Assembly: GCF_963853765.1 (NCBI RefSeq)
Contig: NC_088861.1
Location: 30,132,001-30,196,000 of the forward strand
Direction of reading: 5' to 3'
Source of the DNA: Magallana gigas
Taxonomy: Eukaryota
Length of the DNA stretch: 64,000 nt
In this document: in pieces, positions 42,901 through 53,145 of the stretch
Position numbering within the stretch: the stretch's first letter is position 1
Layout of the letters: each line of letters opens with the position of its first letter
The notes under the pieces: generated by a model
The model's database searches: none
What the model was told of the DNA's origin: nothing
Seen by the model: the letters and a program-made list of their open reading frames with translations, nothing else
Made by a program: the position numbers and the translations under genes

Positions 42901-45900
42901 GGCCCCCTACAACAATGAGGTTTGTCTGAGTCAATAATAACTCCAAAATCTTCAATAAGATGTAATTTCTTCAGCAGCAAATATTTCAAACAAATGGCCC
43001 CCCTACAACAATGAGGTTTGTTTGAGTCAATAATAACTCCAAAATCTTCAATAAGATGTCATTTCTTCAGCAGCAAATATTTCAAACAAATGGCCCCCCT
43101 ACAACAATGAAGTTTTTGTCTTATTCACTAATTGCTTAATATCTGCAATAGCAAAATCTCATACAAATGGCCATCTACAAGAATGAGGTTCAACTTCCCA
43201 TTGATCTTCTACCATAATTTCTCAATTTCAATTATTGCCACATGCAACAGAAATATAACAGAGATATTAATCTCAATTGAAACAAATGCCACCCCACCCC
43301 TTCCCCACAACATTGAGATATGTCTTTGATTTGCATGCTCAGTTTTGTTAATCTTTACCGTAATTACAATTCAATTTAAAGCATTCTCATTGACCATGCT
43401 TTGTTGGTTTGTAGCGAAATCTTAAATTTTGTTCACTTAGCCATTTTCTTTTAAAAAAAAAAAAACAACCCTAGTTTGATGAAAAGAAAAATGACGGCCA
43501 TTGATTTTTTTTAAAGCAGTTTTTAAACTTAAACTCTAAGGGGAAATGTAACACTACACTGAATGTGTATAGCTATTCACCCCTCCTCATCACCTCATCC
43601 AATAGGAGAGCAAAGACCAGGGGGGTCAAGAAAGGGAATCAGATAAGGTTTATCAGCTGTTGGCTTATTGAACTAAATACACAGATTAAATGCTTCATAT
43701 CAAATCAGTAGTTTTAATCCGATGGGATATTTGAAATATTTGTGATATTAAGAAGATCACATCAGCAGTTTTTAATCCAGCTTGATATTTGAAATATGCA
43801 TCGTATCAAGAGGAGCAAATCTGTATCAGTTCTTCATTTATAAATGTTAATTATTTTGTCAGTTTCATTTTGGTAAGGCATTGGTTTTAACTTTTTGTTG
43901 TTTGAAGAATGACGATCAAGATGATGGAACAGAGGGTGCCACAGCTCGTTACTCGCCTGAGCTGACCGAGAATCTGGACGACTTCGTACTGCAACCTGCA
44001 CCACAGGGTCATGTGATGAAGTGCCGAATCACGCGTGACAAGAAAGGCGTTGATCGAGGAATTTATCCCACATACTTCTTACATCTAGAGAAGGAAGATG
44101 GTAAAAAGGTAAGCACAGTTTAATCTTTGTTGTTCTTAGTGCATTCTTTTAAGACTAAGAAATTTCTAGCATGGCAATTTGACCTTGTCCTGTGAAGGAT
44201 GTGTGTATGTACTATGAACATTTAGAAAATGCATGATAATATGATGCATAGAAAATTTTTCATCAAGTGTCATCTTTCATAATTATAATTGATTTTAATT
44301 AATTTTTGGTAAGCTTTTCATCTAAATTAAAGTTTTTAAAATTATATCCTTTTTCCTAAATCCAGCAGCGTAATAGAATTACACATCACACATTGAAAAA
44401 ATGTAACATATCCTGGCAGTACTTTCATTCAAATTGTACACTTAACTATATCTCTTCGACCTTATGTGTTACAGGTGTTTTTACTGGCGGGCAGGAAGAG
44501 AAAGAAGAGCGCCACCTCCAACTACCTGCTCTCCACCGACCCCACCGATCTGTCCCGCGGAGGCGAAGCCTACGTCGGCAAACTCAGGTAAAAGTTCTCT
44601 CCCTTCCTCATCTCAGGAACCCGAAATATGGTGTAGTCATACATTTATAACAATAACAGCGGTTCTGCCTCAGCCATAGAGCTCATTATTAACTGGAAAA
44701 AAAAATTTCTGTCAAGACGAATTCTCTCCCTTTGACAAAGGTTGTCAAGGATAAGAGTACTCTCCCTTTGTCATCCCAGAAACACTAGCTACTGAAGAAT
44801 GGATATATTTTTATTGAATTGATACAAGCAATACTCTTTACTTTGATTTTGGATTTTACAGGGCCAACTTATTAGGAACCCAGTTTACATTGTTTGACAA
44901 TGGTGACAATCCAAAGACTAACTATGAAAATGCCAGGAAGGAATTAGTAGGAATTATATATGTAAGTGACTTGTAACTTGATGATGAAATTTTAATTAAG
45001 GGTTTGAACAAAAAAAACATTCATGTTTTTTGATCCTCAATCCCATGATTTTGTTCATATTATGTACTGCATGATATAAGTATTTTAGATTTGGTCAATG
45101 ACATGCTTTGAGAAAAGCACTTGACCTTGTTATTTTAAAGTCTTTTTCAAATACATGTATATTGGTCTAATGGAACAGTGAAAAGTTGGAAGCTTGAAAG
45201 CTCCAAAATATATAAGTGAAAAAAAGAACTATAATGATTAATCACCTCTAATTGAGAAAAATTCATTAAATAAAACTTAAAGCAAGAAGAGCTCTGTCAT
45301 GTTATATAGGTAGTTGTGATATAGAATTGTTGGTGTTTTACAGGAAACAAATGTACTAGGATTCAAAGGTCCCAGAAAAATGACCATCATCATCCCCGGG
45401 ATGAACTTGGACCACGAGCGAGTCGACATCAAACCAAGATCTGTAAGCCACTGCGTCTTTATCAGTTTTTGGTGCATTATAATTTTTGTCCCCCGCCGCA
45501 ACGCGGTGCGGGGACATAGAAATGCCGGGCGTCCGTCCGTGCATCCGTGCGTCCGTGTGTCCGTGCGTCCGTGTGTCCGTCCGTCACACTTTTTTGTAAG
45601 CGCTCTCATGCCTACAAATTTTGACGGATTTTCATTAAATTTATACCAAATGTATATACCACTTATTACCTTGGTCAAGTTCGAAAATCAGCATTGGTTG
45701 ATACTTTTTGTTGGAGTTATGAGACTTTGACCACAATAATGACTTTGTTTTATCCAAAAATTGACCTTGTAAGCGCTCTCATGCCTACAAATTTTGACGG
45801 ATTTTCATTGAATTTATACCAAATGTTTATACTACTATTACCTTGGTCAAGTTCGAAAATCAGCATTGGTCGATACGTTTTGTTGGAGTTATGGGACTTT

Positions 45901-47067
45901 GGCCGCAATAATGACTCCGTTTTATCCAAAAATTGACCTTGTAAGCGCTCTCATGCCTACAAATTTTGACGGATTTTCATTAAATTTATACCAAATGTAT
46001 ATACCACTATTACCTTGGTCAAGTTCGAAAATCAGCATTGGTCGATACTTTTTGTTGGAGTTATGAGACTTTGACCGCAATAATGACTCTGTTTTATCCA
46101 AAAATTGACCTTGTAAGCGCTCTCATGCCTACAAATTTTGACAGATTTTCATTAAATTTATACCAAATGTATATACCACTATTACCTTGGTCAAGTTCGA
46201 AAATCAGCATTGGTCGATCCTTTTTGTTGGAGTTATGGGACTTTGACCACAATAATGACTCCAGTTTATCCGAAAATTGGCCTTGTAAGCGCTCTCATGC
46301 CTACAAATTTTGACGGATTTTCATTAGATTTATACTAAATGTTTATACCACTAATACCTTGGTCAAGTTCCTAAATCAGCCTTGGTCGATGGACTCGATA
46401 CTAGACAGCTTGACCGGCGGGGGACCCAGGAATTCTATTCTTGTTAAGGTGGAGAATTTTGGTTCCATCTATTTTTTTTCTTTTTTGAGCTTTCGATCTG
46501 CATGTAAATTTGTTTTCTACCTATATGCCAGTCCTCTCATCACAATGATACTTTAGGAACTAGTTAATTAAGACAGATATTTGCCTTGATACTTTTCATT
46601 GGGTGTGTTATTTTGATTTCAAGACCACATATGCTTTAATTTCACTCGTCAAGCAAATGTGTGGTGTTTATAATGCATTTGAAACGGAAGGAGCAATCAA
46701 TGATGAGTCAAGTTATTATATATATTGAATCAAAATGGCCATAAAAAGAGGAGTGCTTATGGCCTGACCTCTTGGACCTCTAGAATTAGAATATTATTTT
46801 TATGTTATGGAAGGGTATTCACGTAAAGCTGAATGTGTTCTTTTCTGTTGATTTTATGTTTTGAGTTTCTGTAAATATTTCATGGACCATTACACCTGAC
46901 GTATCTATGGCGGCAGGACAGGATAGAGAGAGCACTGCCTTTATTGATCTATGGACTGTTTTGTTTTTCTGTAGGATAATGATGGGTTGATTGACAGATG
47001 GAAGAAGAAGAACATGGAGAATATTCTGGAACTTCACAACAAGACACCTGTTTGGAATGATGGTATG

Positions 47068-47111
<44 letters not shown>

Positions 47112-48265
47112 AGTCCTTGAAAAAAATTAATATCACAAAAGAAAATCTTGTAAAGGTTATGTAATGAGAAGCAGAATTGCATTGTATTAATATTAAATAC
47201 AAGTTCCAAGAAATTTATTACTAAATTTTATCACCTTCCTCATAATGATATATGCATTTATATGATGGCTTAAGAATCCATTTTAACTTACCATATTTAA
47301 TACCATCTCTGATTTAACAGTTAAACATCTTTCAATTATTCATAATTCATAAATATGACTAATTTTTTGTTTTCGTTTTGTACAGAGACCCAGTCCTATG
47401 TGCTCAATTTCCATGGCAGAGTCACCCAGGCCTCCGTGAAGAATTTCCAAATTGTACATGACAATGATGGTAAGACAATTTCCTCTCAATTTGAAGGGAC
47501 TGTCTCAAGGGATTTTGTAGTTTCAAGAGATTTGGATTACAAATGAAGGGATTTTCTCATGCTGACATTTTTATTGCTTTTTCCATCAATCTTAATTTTT
47601 TAGGACATTTTTTCATTTGAAAATTAAGTAAATCCAACATTATGATAAATGGTCAATGACACTCCAGTCTTTATTTGATATTAAAGCAACAAATGAAATC
47701 CATAAATTTCCAGATATTGAGAGACATTATGAAATACAGTCAAACCTCCTTATCTCGAACTAGATGGGATTGTTTAAAAATGTAATTTCGAGGTATCAGA
47801 GTATTTAAGACATTGAGGGTAAAATACTTCAAAAATAATGGGTTTGGACTTACCAATCACTTCAACATATCCAATGTATTCAAGATATCAGTGTTCAAGA
47901 TATCAAATTTCAACAGTAGGTGTATGTTAAATCATGTAACTCGGGGTATTGACACAATTTGAGCAAAAAGAGAAATACTGGTAGTGTACCGGCCCAGTAT
48001 TCGGGTACCATTTTCCTAAGAGGGAATTTTTCTTTTTAATATTCAAAGATGGATATTAGCCTTAACTTACCACAGGGTATTAACAAAATCTAAAGATAAG
48101 TAATCCTGATTATCTCTTTTTCTCTCTTCAGTGGAGTACATCGTAATGCAGTTTGGCCGCGTGGCAGAGGATGTATTTACCATGGACTTCAACTACCCTC
48201 TGTGTGCCGTCCAAGCGTTTGGAATAGCCATGAGTAGTTTTGACAGTAAACTGGCCTGTGAATAG
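5591..48265 (+). CDS. TUB: Tubby-family protein (single invertebrate TUB/TULP-like gene), spliced, whole CDS span
   Basis: The C-terminal tubby domain has the hallmark motifs [70 protein letters not shown] and [10 protein letters not shown]. The N-terminal [20 protein letters not shown] matches the conserved TUB/TULP3 N-terminal helix. All junctions are GT-AG and phase-consistent (isoform B sums to 1848 nt, 615 aa). Confidence 0.96.
8673..8909. mobile_element. Degenerate (T)ACTGTG...CACAGTA MITE
   Basis: Ends CACTGTGGAGTCAT / ATGACCCCACAGTA are imperfect inverted repeats; the architecture resembles the MITE at 35764. Confidence 0.5.
10370..10736 (+). promoter_or_regulatory. Candidate internal promoter B and 5' leader of tubby
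   Basis: CpG-richer island with CRE-like TGACGTC (10472-10478), YY1-like CAAGATGGCTGCC (10555-10567) and forkhead-like GTAAACA, directly upstream of start exon B. Confidence 0.55.
10737..10789 (+). CDS. TUB: Tubby alternative start exon B ([18 protein letters not shown])
   Basis: aatcATGG Kozak context, open frame and donor CA|GTAAGC; phase 2 matches exon 26610. Confidence 0.7.
12773..13040. repeat. Direct repeat of about 75 bp, copies 188 bp apart
   Basis: GATGACAATT..GGCTATATTTAAAGTTCCTCTTTTGGAAA.CCATAAAC.TTTGTTGGAA at 12773 and 12961. Confidence 0.85.
14483..15018. mobile_element. Possible old TTAA-flanked (Kolobok-like) non-autonomous element
   Basis: TTAA at 14479-14482 and 15019-15022; termini AGTAAATCC versus GGTAACTCC (reverse complement), only 8/13 identical. 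Confidence 0.3.
16596..16626. repeat. (CT)n microsatellite
   Basis: Direct reading. Confidence 0.97.
17450..18301. mobile_element. Kolobok-like non-autonomous DNA transposon (852 bp) nested in the HINE satellite
   Basis: Perfect 16-bp TIR AGCTGACATGAATTCA, TTAA TSD (17446-17449, 18302-18305) and 5'-RR termini. Removing it restores the satellite unit GGAGGAGGTTAAGGTT. Confidence 0.88.
18319..19430 (+). repeat. 177-bp satellite array (starts 18319, 18496, 18673, 18850, then degenerate copies with a second subunit); the first copy lies left of the nested insertion at 17297-17449
   Basis: GGTTAAAGTTTTTGTTGC.GGTGCCC recurs at an exact 177-bp period. Confidence 0.92.
19610..20560. repeat. Degenerate AT-rich short-period repeat (ATATG/ATATT/GTATC-like units), about 950 bp
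   Basis: Continuous runs such as atatgatattgtatcatacaatattgtataatatgatatt. Confidence 0.85.
21183..21228. repeat. (GA)n microsatellite
   Basis: Direct reading. Confidence 0.97.
21835..21925 (+). promoter_or_regulatory. Candidate internal promoter or non-coding first exon D with an RFX-like site
   Basis: E-box CACGTG near 21840, ATTGCT-T-AGCAAC (21898-21910) and a strong donor TTG|GTAAGT at 21925/21926. Confidence 0.35.
24782..24843. repeat. (CT)n microsatellite
   Basis: Direct reading. Confidence 0.97.
26610..26660 (+). CDS. TUB: Tubby exon ([16 protein letters not shown]), phase 2-2; the internal ATG at 26641 could also initiate
   Basis: TTTTCCAG acceptor, CAG|GTAATC donor, open frame. 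Confidence 0.8.
27093..27135 (+). CDS. TUB: Tubby exon ([15 protein letters not shown]), start of the putative IFT-A-binding helix
   Basis: CTCAG acceptor and GAG|GTAAGT donor; resembles vertebrate TUB SVLDDE...QQKLDRQ. Confidence 0.9.
28180..28336 (+). CDS. TUB: Tubby exon ([41 protein letters not shown]...LH)
   Basis: ACACAG acceptor and G|GTAACG donor; resembles TUB RALLEQKQKKKR...Q.N.D.RP.S.R.R..E..PLV. Confidence 0.92.
29288..29332 (+). CDS. TUB: Tubby 45-nt lysine-rich cassette exon ([15 protein letters not shown]), phase 1-1
   Basis: TTTAG acceptor, G|GTAAGT donor, frame-preserving. Confidence 0.75.
29386..29504 (+). repeat. Degenerate tandem repeat of about 30 bp (AGCATGAAAGTGAAAGTTAT, about 4 copies)
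   Basis: Direct reading, just downstream of the 45-nt exon. Confidence 0.7.
30926..30989. repeat. (GA)n microsatellite
   Basis: Direct reading. Confidence 0.97.
32383..32481. repeat. Perfect 21-bp inverted repeat (possible mini-MITE, 99 bp)
   Basis: TGGCCACACTTGAGTACCTCT (32383-32403) / AGAGGTACTCAAGTGTGGCCA (32461-32481). Confidence 0.85.
33923..33960. repeat. (CT)n microsatellite
   Basis: Direct reading. Confidence 0.97.
34510..34940 (+). repeat. GC-rich degenerate minisatellite of GTGAACG/GTGAGCG(CA) motifs
   Basis: Many same-strand copies, e.g. gtgaacggtgagcgcacagtgag and gtgaacgcacgatgagcgcacatgaacgcacggtgagc. Confidence 0.75.
35764..35992. mobile_element. TA-flanked MITE (about 230 bp)
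   Basis: TACAGTGAAATCATT / AATGATTTCACAGTA termini (14/15). Confidence 0.8.
36087..36242 (+). CDS. TUB: Tubby linker cassette exon X ([12 protein letters not shown]...[15 protein letters not shown]), phase 1-1
   Basis: TTTTACAG acceptor, G|GTAAAA donor, 156-nt open frame. The ORF track lists only the antisense shadow (36044-36283). Confidence 0.8.
37548..37772 (+). CDS. TUB: Tubby linker cassette exon Y ([13 protein letters not shown]...[15 protein letters not shown]), phase 1-1
   Basis: TTTTAAG acceptor, G|GTACAA donor, 225-nt open frame. Confidence 0.8.
41080..41200 (+). CDS. TUB: Tubby alternative start exon C ([40 protein letters not shown]), short isoform
   Basis: actATGG Kozak context, 40 open codons and donor AG|GTATTA; phase 1 matches exon 42621. 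Confidence 0.75.
42621..42919 (+). CDS. TUB: Tubby linker exon Z (ETSNKSNK...[15 protein letters not shown]...APYNNE)
   Basis: TTTCAG acceptor and GAG|GTTTGT donor, phase 1-0; lies within ORF 42485-42937. Confidence 0.88.
42881..43190 (+). repeat. 95-96-bp tandem repeat spanning an exon end and splice donor (2 full plus 2 degenerate copies)
   Basis: AGCAAA.AT.TCAAACAAATGGCCCCC(C)TACAACAATGAG|GTTTGT starts at 42881, 42976 and 43072, with a degenerate copy at 43150. Confidence 0.92.
43908..44108 (+). CDS. TUB: Tubby domain exon (NDDQ...[39 protein letters not shown])
   Basis: GAAG acceptor, AAG|GTAAGC donor, tubby motif. Confidence 0.96.
44475..44587 (+). CDS. TUB: Tubby domain exon ([38 protein letters not shown]) carrying the PI(4,5)P2-binding basic residues
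   Basis: ACAG acceptor, AG|GTAAAA donor. Confidence 0.97.
44862..44961 (+). CDS. TUB: Tubby domain exon ([33 protein letters not shown])
   Basis: TTTACAG acceptor, TAT|GTAAGT donor. Confidence 0.97.
45344..45442 (+). CDS. TUB: Tubby domain exon ([33 protein letters not shown])
   Basis: TTTACAG acceptor, TCT|GTAAGC donor. Confidence 0.97.
45483..46444 (+). mobile_element. HINE/Helentron-type element with a 172-bp satellite (about 4.6 copies)
   Basis: T-run, subterminal IR GTCCCCCGCCG (45488-45498) / CGGCGGGGGAC (46415-46425), (GTCC)n-like microsatellite, units starting at 45596, 45769, 45941, 46113 and 46285, and a short 3' hairpin followed by TTGTT. Confidence 0.9.
46975..47062 (+). CDS. 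TUB: Tubby domain exon ([29 protein letters not shown])
   Basis: CTGTAG acceptor, G|GTATGG donor. Confidence 0.97.
47072..47109. repeat. (GA)n microsatellite starting 10 nt into the intron
   Basis: Direct reading. Confidence 0.97.
47386..47469 (+). CDS. TUB: Tubby domain exon ([28 protein letters not shown])
   Basis: GTACAG acceptor, G|GTAAGA donor. Confidence 0.97.
47735..47918. mobile_element. Degenerate TA-CAGTCAAACCTC-type Tc1/mariner MITE
   Basis: Left end TACAGTCAAACCTCCTTATCTCGAAC; decayed right end GATATCAAATTTCAACAGTA. Confidence 0.5.
48132..48265 (+). CDS. TUB: Tubby terminal coding exon ([44 protein letters not shown])
   Basis: CTTCAG acceptor, canonical tubby C-terminus, TAG stop at 48263-48265. 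Confidence 0.98.
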
Positions 48266-51200
48266 CCCTGACCCCCCCACCCCATCATTCCACCCCCACC
48301 CACCCTCATTATAATCACCGCTCAAGTCCATCTTTGTGCAGATCAGCTCTATACCTTGTAGTGGAACAATTTTTGTTTTGTGTATGGGAGCAACTGAATT
48401 GAGTTTTATGAATATAATGACACATATTTTAGCTTTCAATTAAATATTTTTTAAAGTAAAGTGAAGCAAAGAATAATTTTTTTAAAATTGTGGATAAATA
48501 GTGTCTTACACTTTTTTGGGTAATTTTTTTTCTTTTCACAAACAACTGTGTTCAACTTCACAAGCTGTCGACTCGTTTTGTGTTCATATGTTAAATAAAG
48601 TAGTAGATTTTTCAGTGTGCACACTTCAACTTGGAAAGATAAAAAAATGAAATACACGATGATTTGTCACACAGACTGTTTCACAAGCAACCATCACTGA
48701 GCAATTCCTTTTCTTTCAAATGAATGAAAAAGACTGTGTCATTTTATTGTTTTCTAAGAAAATTAGAAGAGTTTTTGTGAAGTGTAGAATGATCAATACA
48801 TTGTCTTAAAATAGAATATCAGCATCAAATAAAAACGAATGTATTGTATTGATATATGAAACATTAGTGATGTTGACCAAAAAATATATCATAAATAGTG
48901 TTATTTTTCTGATAGATTATTTATATTTTGATTTTTTTAAGAGAGCTAGGTTTTTGTTTGTTGAATCATTTTTAAATGGTGCGAATGTAAACATGAGTAA
49001 GTGTAAATGTGGTATATCACACGACCAATCTCAGAAATTCGATGTAATTTCCATGTTGATTTAAGTCACAATGTTGTATATGAGCATTATAATATGGCCA
49101 CATGTATCCACACTGTACATGTAAATATTGATAAAATTTACATACTTGAATATTCAAGCTGTTTTGCATCAAATTTTCTATGAATATTCATGCTTTCTTT
49201 TGAATGAAATATCCAATGAATATTCATGCAGTGTTTTATTAGCTTAGATTTTGCGATTTAATCATTTTGTTGTACAGATGCATCAGTTGTATTCCTATGT
49301 ACAGTACTATTGTGACTTTTATTTCTTTATTTTCCGTCCATATGCATATCACATGGGCATTTCCTAAAGGTGAAAATTTGCCACACGATGCCATAGGTGG
49401 CAGTTAAATGGTTATATTTTCCCCCATCAGAAAATCCTCAGCTATAGATGGGTTTTTTAATATATATGAATGTGGTTGTGTTGTGTCAAGTCTTAAAACA
49501 AAAATCTACATTAAACATTACTGGAGTTTTAGTGACTATGTTTTAGGAGAGAAATGTGATGGTTTTGTATTCAATTTTGTTGTTGTTATGGTGTTGGCTT
49601 TGCCAATTGTGCAATCCTCTCTATGTTTTTTTTTTCTCTAATCCTCCACACCCCACCAATGTAAACGTTTAGACTCAAACAAGCTATTGGCTTTAGGTTG
49701 AAATCTATTCACCAAATGTGCTATTGAATGCCCATCATAACCTTATCACAAATAGGTTGCCCCCATATGGCAGTTACAGACTAGAACTAATGCAGGGAGA
49801 GTAGGGTAGTAAAAATATGTGTTTCGCCCTTTTTTCTGTGAAAATGAAAGTATGATATGATTGCTTGTTATAGAACATTAGAAGATTTAAAAGAACTGAC
49901 AATTATTTTAGCAGCCGATTGCAAAGCTGTTATTAGGTGATTTTTCTGAATAATGACTATTCATAGTGAAATTGAGTGAGTGCAATAGTTTGTGTGAATA
50001 TTTCGTTCGAATTGATGTGAAATTGATAGTGAAAGTTGATCGTGTCCTAGCCCTTGTGATATAAATTATGGACCTTTTTCTGGTGGTTAAACAGAAACTA
50101 AATCAAGTGATATATCACTTTGTTAATTCGCACTAATTAAACTTTCTCTTTTTAAGATTTTGTTCATACGAGGACATTTTCTTGATACCAAAATATCCCA
50201 AAACTTTGAATTACTTAATTGTTTGAATAACTTAATTTATTATTTAATAAATTATTGTTATTTTTATAAATTTGTTGGTCAATGGTTTATAAATTTTTGT
50301 CTTTCTGTAAGTTTTAGCAGAGTGATCATTTGAACATGGGTGATGCCAACAGTATTAGCGAATGTTTTGCGTATTTATTAATTTTCTTTTGTACACAAGT
50401 GCTCCAGTCATGTGTATCTCTCCGGTACTTCGGGATTGTGGCTAGTAATCAATATGTGTGAGTTACATGTAGCGTGTTACAAATCTGGCGATGTGTTTTG
50501 ATTATATAAGTATGTAATCGCTTAAACTCAAATAAACTTTGCACTTCTAAAATAAAGAGTTCAACAAAAGGAGCAATTGTTATCACTGTGAGTACTTATC
50601 TAATATTTATTTACTTACTAATTCATTATATTATATGATATACTTGTGATAGATGTAATTCAACCACGCTTTATGGAAACATTAGGTTTAGAATGCTATC
50701 TCCTTAACTTATAGTGCAATTTTCGAGAAAGAGTTGTTTCCCTTTGTCAATGATTTTGTCAATTCATATTTTATATGGTTTGCCAGAGTTAAGTTTTTAA
50801 TCTTAAATGAATATTTATAGCATATTTTATTGAGGGTTTTTTGTGTTGCTAAGTTTTTCTGACAAAAAGTCCAAAAGTGCAAGAGTGAAAACTTCACTAC
50901 TTCAAAGTGGTTGAAGTTTTTTTTTGTATTTGGTATAACTGTGGTTGAAATTCTGTCACTTTGCATCCATTTTGTGCTTTGTGATTTTGTCAATGTTCAT
51001 GTCTGGTGTTTTAGCTTTCACTTTTATTATTAGTTTAAGATTTAAATTGCATATATTTATGTAAATTTTTACCCAATGACTGGGAAATGATTGGGAGGAG
51101 AGACAGTTGGGGTCAACACATGTTTTTTAATATTTTTAAACCAACTGATAATAGAGGTATCTTTTGACCAAAGTCGGATAAGAATATAGATTTTATATTT

Positions 51201-53145
51201 TCAATAAGAAATTGATAAATTGGAATATCATCATGATAAAGGTACTGTACACAAAAAAAAAGAATCAGTTTTATGATTTTGTTTAATTAACAGTTTTTGA
51301 AATAAAAAAAATTATATTACTCACAAAGTAAAATTAATTAGGATATAATTCATACTAGGTAAATTTTAGAATTTCTTTTTTTTTCTCCCTCCTTCTCATC
51401 CCCTGACATCAAATGCCTGGTCCAGAATCTAGGTCATACCAGAAAGTTGCCGTCCATCTGTCTTTTGATTGTACTATTATTATTATTATCGTTTCTATTC
51501 GATTGACCATTGATTTATCATTGTCATATATATTTCACAGTTTGTCGAAATTAAAATGTGCCACATTTTATCATGGAGTTTATTTTATTATTTGGTTGAC
51601 ACTATAAAACTATTTCAATGAAGAAAATTCAATTTACATGCAAGTAATTCTTTTGTGACTTCCAGACTGAAAGAAGTGCCCCTGTAGGGGCGCAGAATTT
51701 AATTTAGAATTTAAAGGGAAATGCCATTAAAAGTTTGTTATGATCTATTGTGATATTACAATGCAAGCTTCCTAATGTGATAAAGATTCAAGTCTTTTAG
51801 ATAATAATTCATATTTGATTATTTATAAATTCATATTTGAAAAACTTTCTGCTGAAAGAGCCTTTCGTCCCATTCATTTATATTGAGTTGTAACTAGATT
51901 GAAGTTCAGTTTATTGGCCTTTATACAGCAATGGGTTTATTTTTTTTTTTTTTTTTTTTTTTTGCAATTTAATGCTCAATACAATATGGGAACCCATTGA
52001 TTAAGTGCAGATTGGCTGTTAAATTGTACAAAGATGAGGTCTGGATACAATACCGGTACATGTCTTGCAATATCTGGATCCACTAGCATTTGCTATGGAG
52101 CAAACAAATACATTTTATAATGGGGAAACCCTGCAGGTTCATGTAATAGTCTGCAAAACAATGATGTACAGAATATTAGCTGTTTATAATGAATGGAAAA
52201 CAAGATAATAAATTTTTAGGAAGTTTTTATTATTAAATAATCAAAACAACCTCTACTAATTAAGTTACAATTTATTTCCAGTCATTTGGCTGCGCTCCAG
52301 AGAAATTTCAATTCCTGCCTTGATTTGTGTTGTGGTTTTGGATGGAAAACATTTGAACATGAAACAGTTGAGCTTTTTCTACCTAAGGAGAAAAAGTTAG
52401 AAATGCTATCATAAGACTTAGCCTTTATAGCTTTAGAAATGGTATTGATCACTAATAAAAGTTTTCCACAGCTTTATTGGTTTGTCTGGATTGCAATATG
52501 TAAGGAAGGTTCTGCTGCAAAGGTGACCTTGATCTATTTGTGGTACAAATATATGACCTTGGGTCAAGGTTTTAACAAAATCGTAATGCAAAGCAATTTT
52601 TTTAAATGGGCAGTTCAGTCACTCCCTGTGGAGGCCTGAAATTTACATATCAGTAAAGAGCTTTGATTTTGGTAAGAAGTGTCACTGACCATTGATTGGG
52701 GCAAAAATTATTCAATTCATGCAAATATAAAATTTCTTGTAGCATTTGAATGTTTTGTGTGAAATATACCAGTAATCCATTGTAATGACCAAAGCACTGC
52801 TTTGCAAAATGACAAATCTAAGTGCATGTTGCTTGAAACATATTGCATGGGTTTAGTATACTGGTGTATCGGGTTGTGTATCAAATGACCAACAACAAGC
52901 AGAGTGAAAATTTGACAAATTTTACATCAAGAATGTTAAATAAGATTTCAATAAAATAATTTCTTAATTAGAAATTTTTGAATAACTTGATTATGCTGTG
53001 CTGAATGACCGTAATGTGGATAATGAAATAGGGCATTAATTATGGTGAAATATAAACATATCGGTAATATACAGACAATCAAAATCAACAGTGGAAGTTA
53101 GACATACTTTGGTCCCGTTGTATCCAAATTATTGGGGATGGTTGT

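Noticed and set aside
45277-46556. Repeated MVDTFCWSY... ORFs and overlapping ORFs
   Set aside because: Translations of the 172-bp satellite and HINE box, not genes.
51925-51965. Long T-tract next to TTTATT as a retroposed poly(A) tail
   Set aside because: On the minus strand the AATAAA follows rather than precedes the A-run, and there is no TSD.
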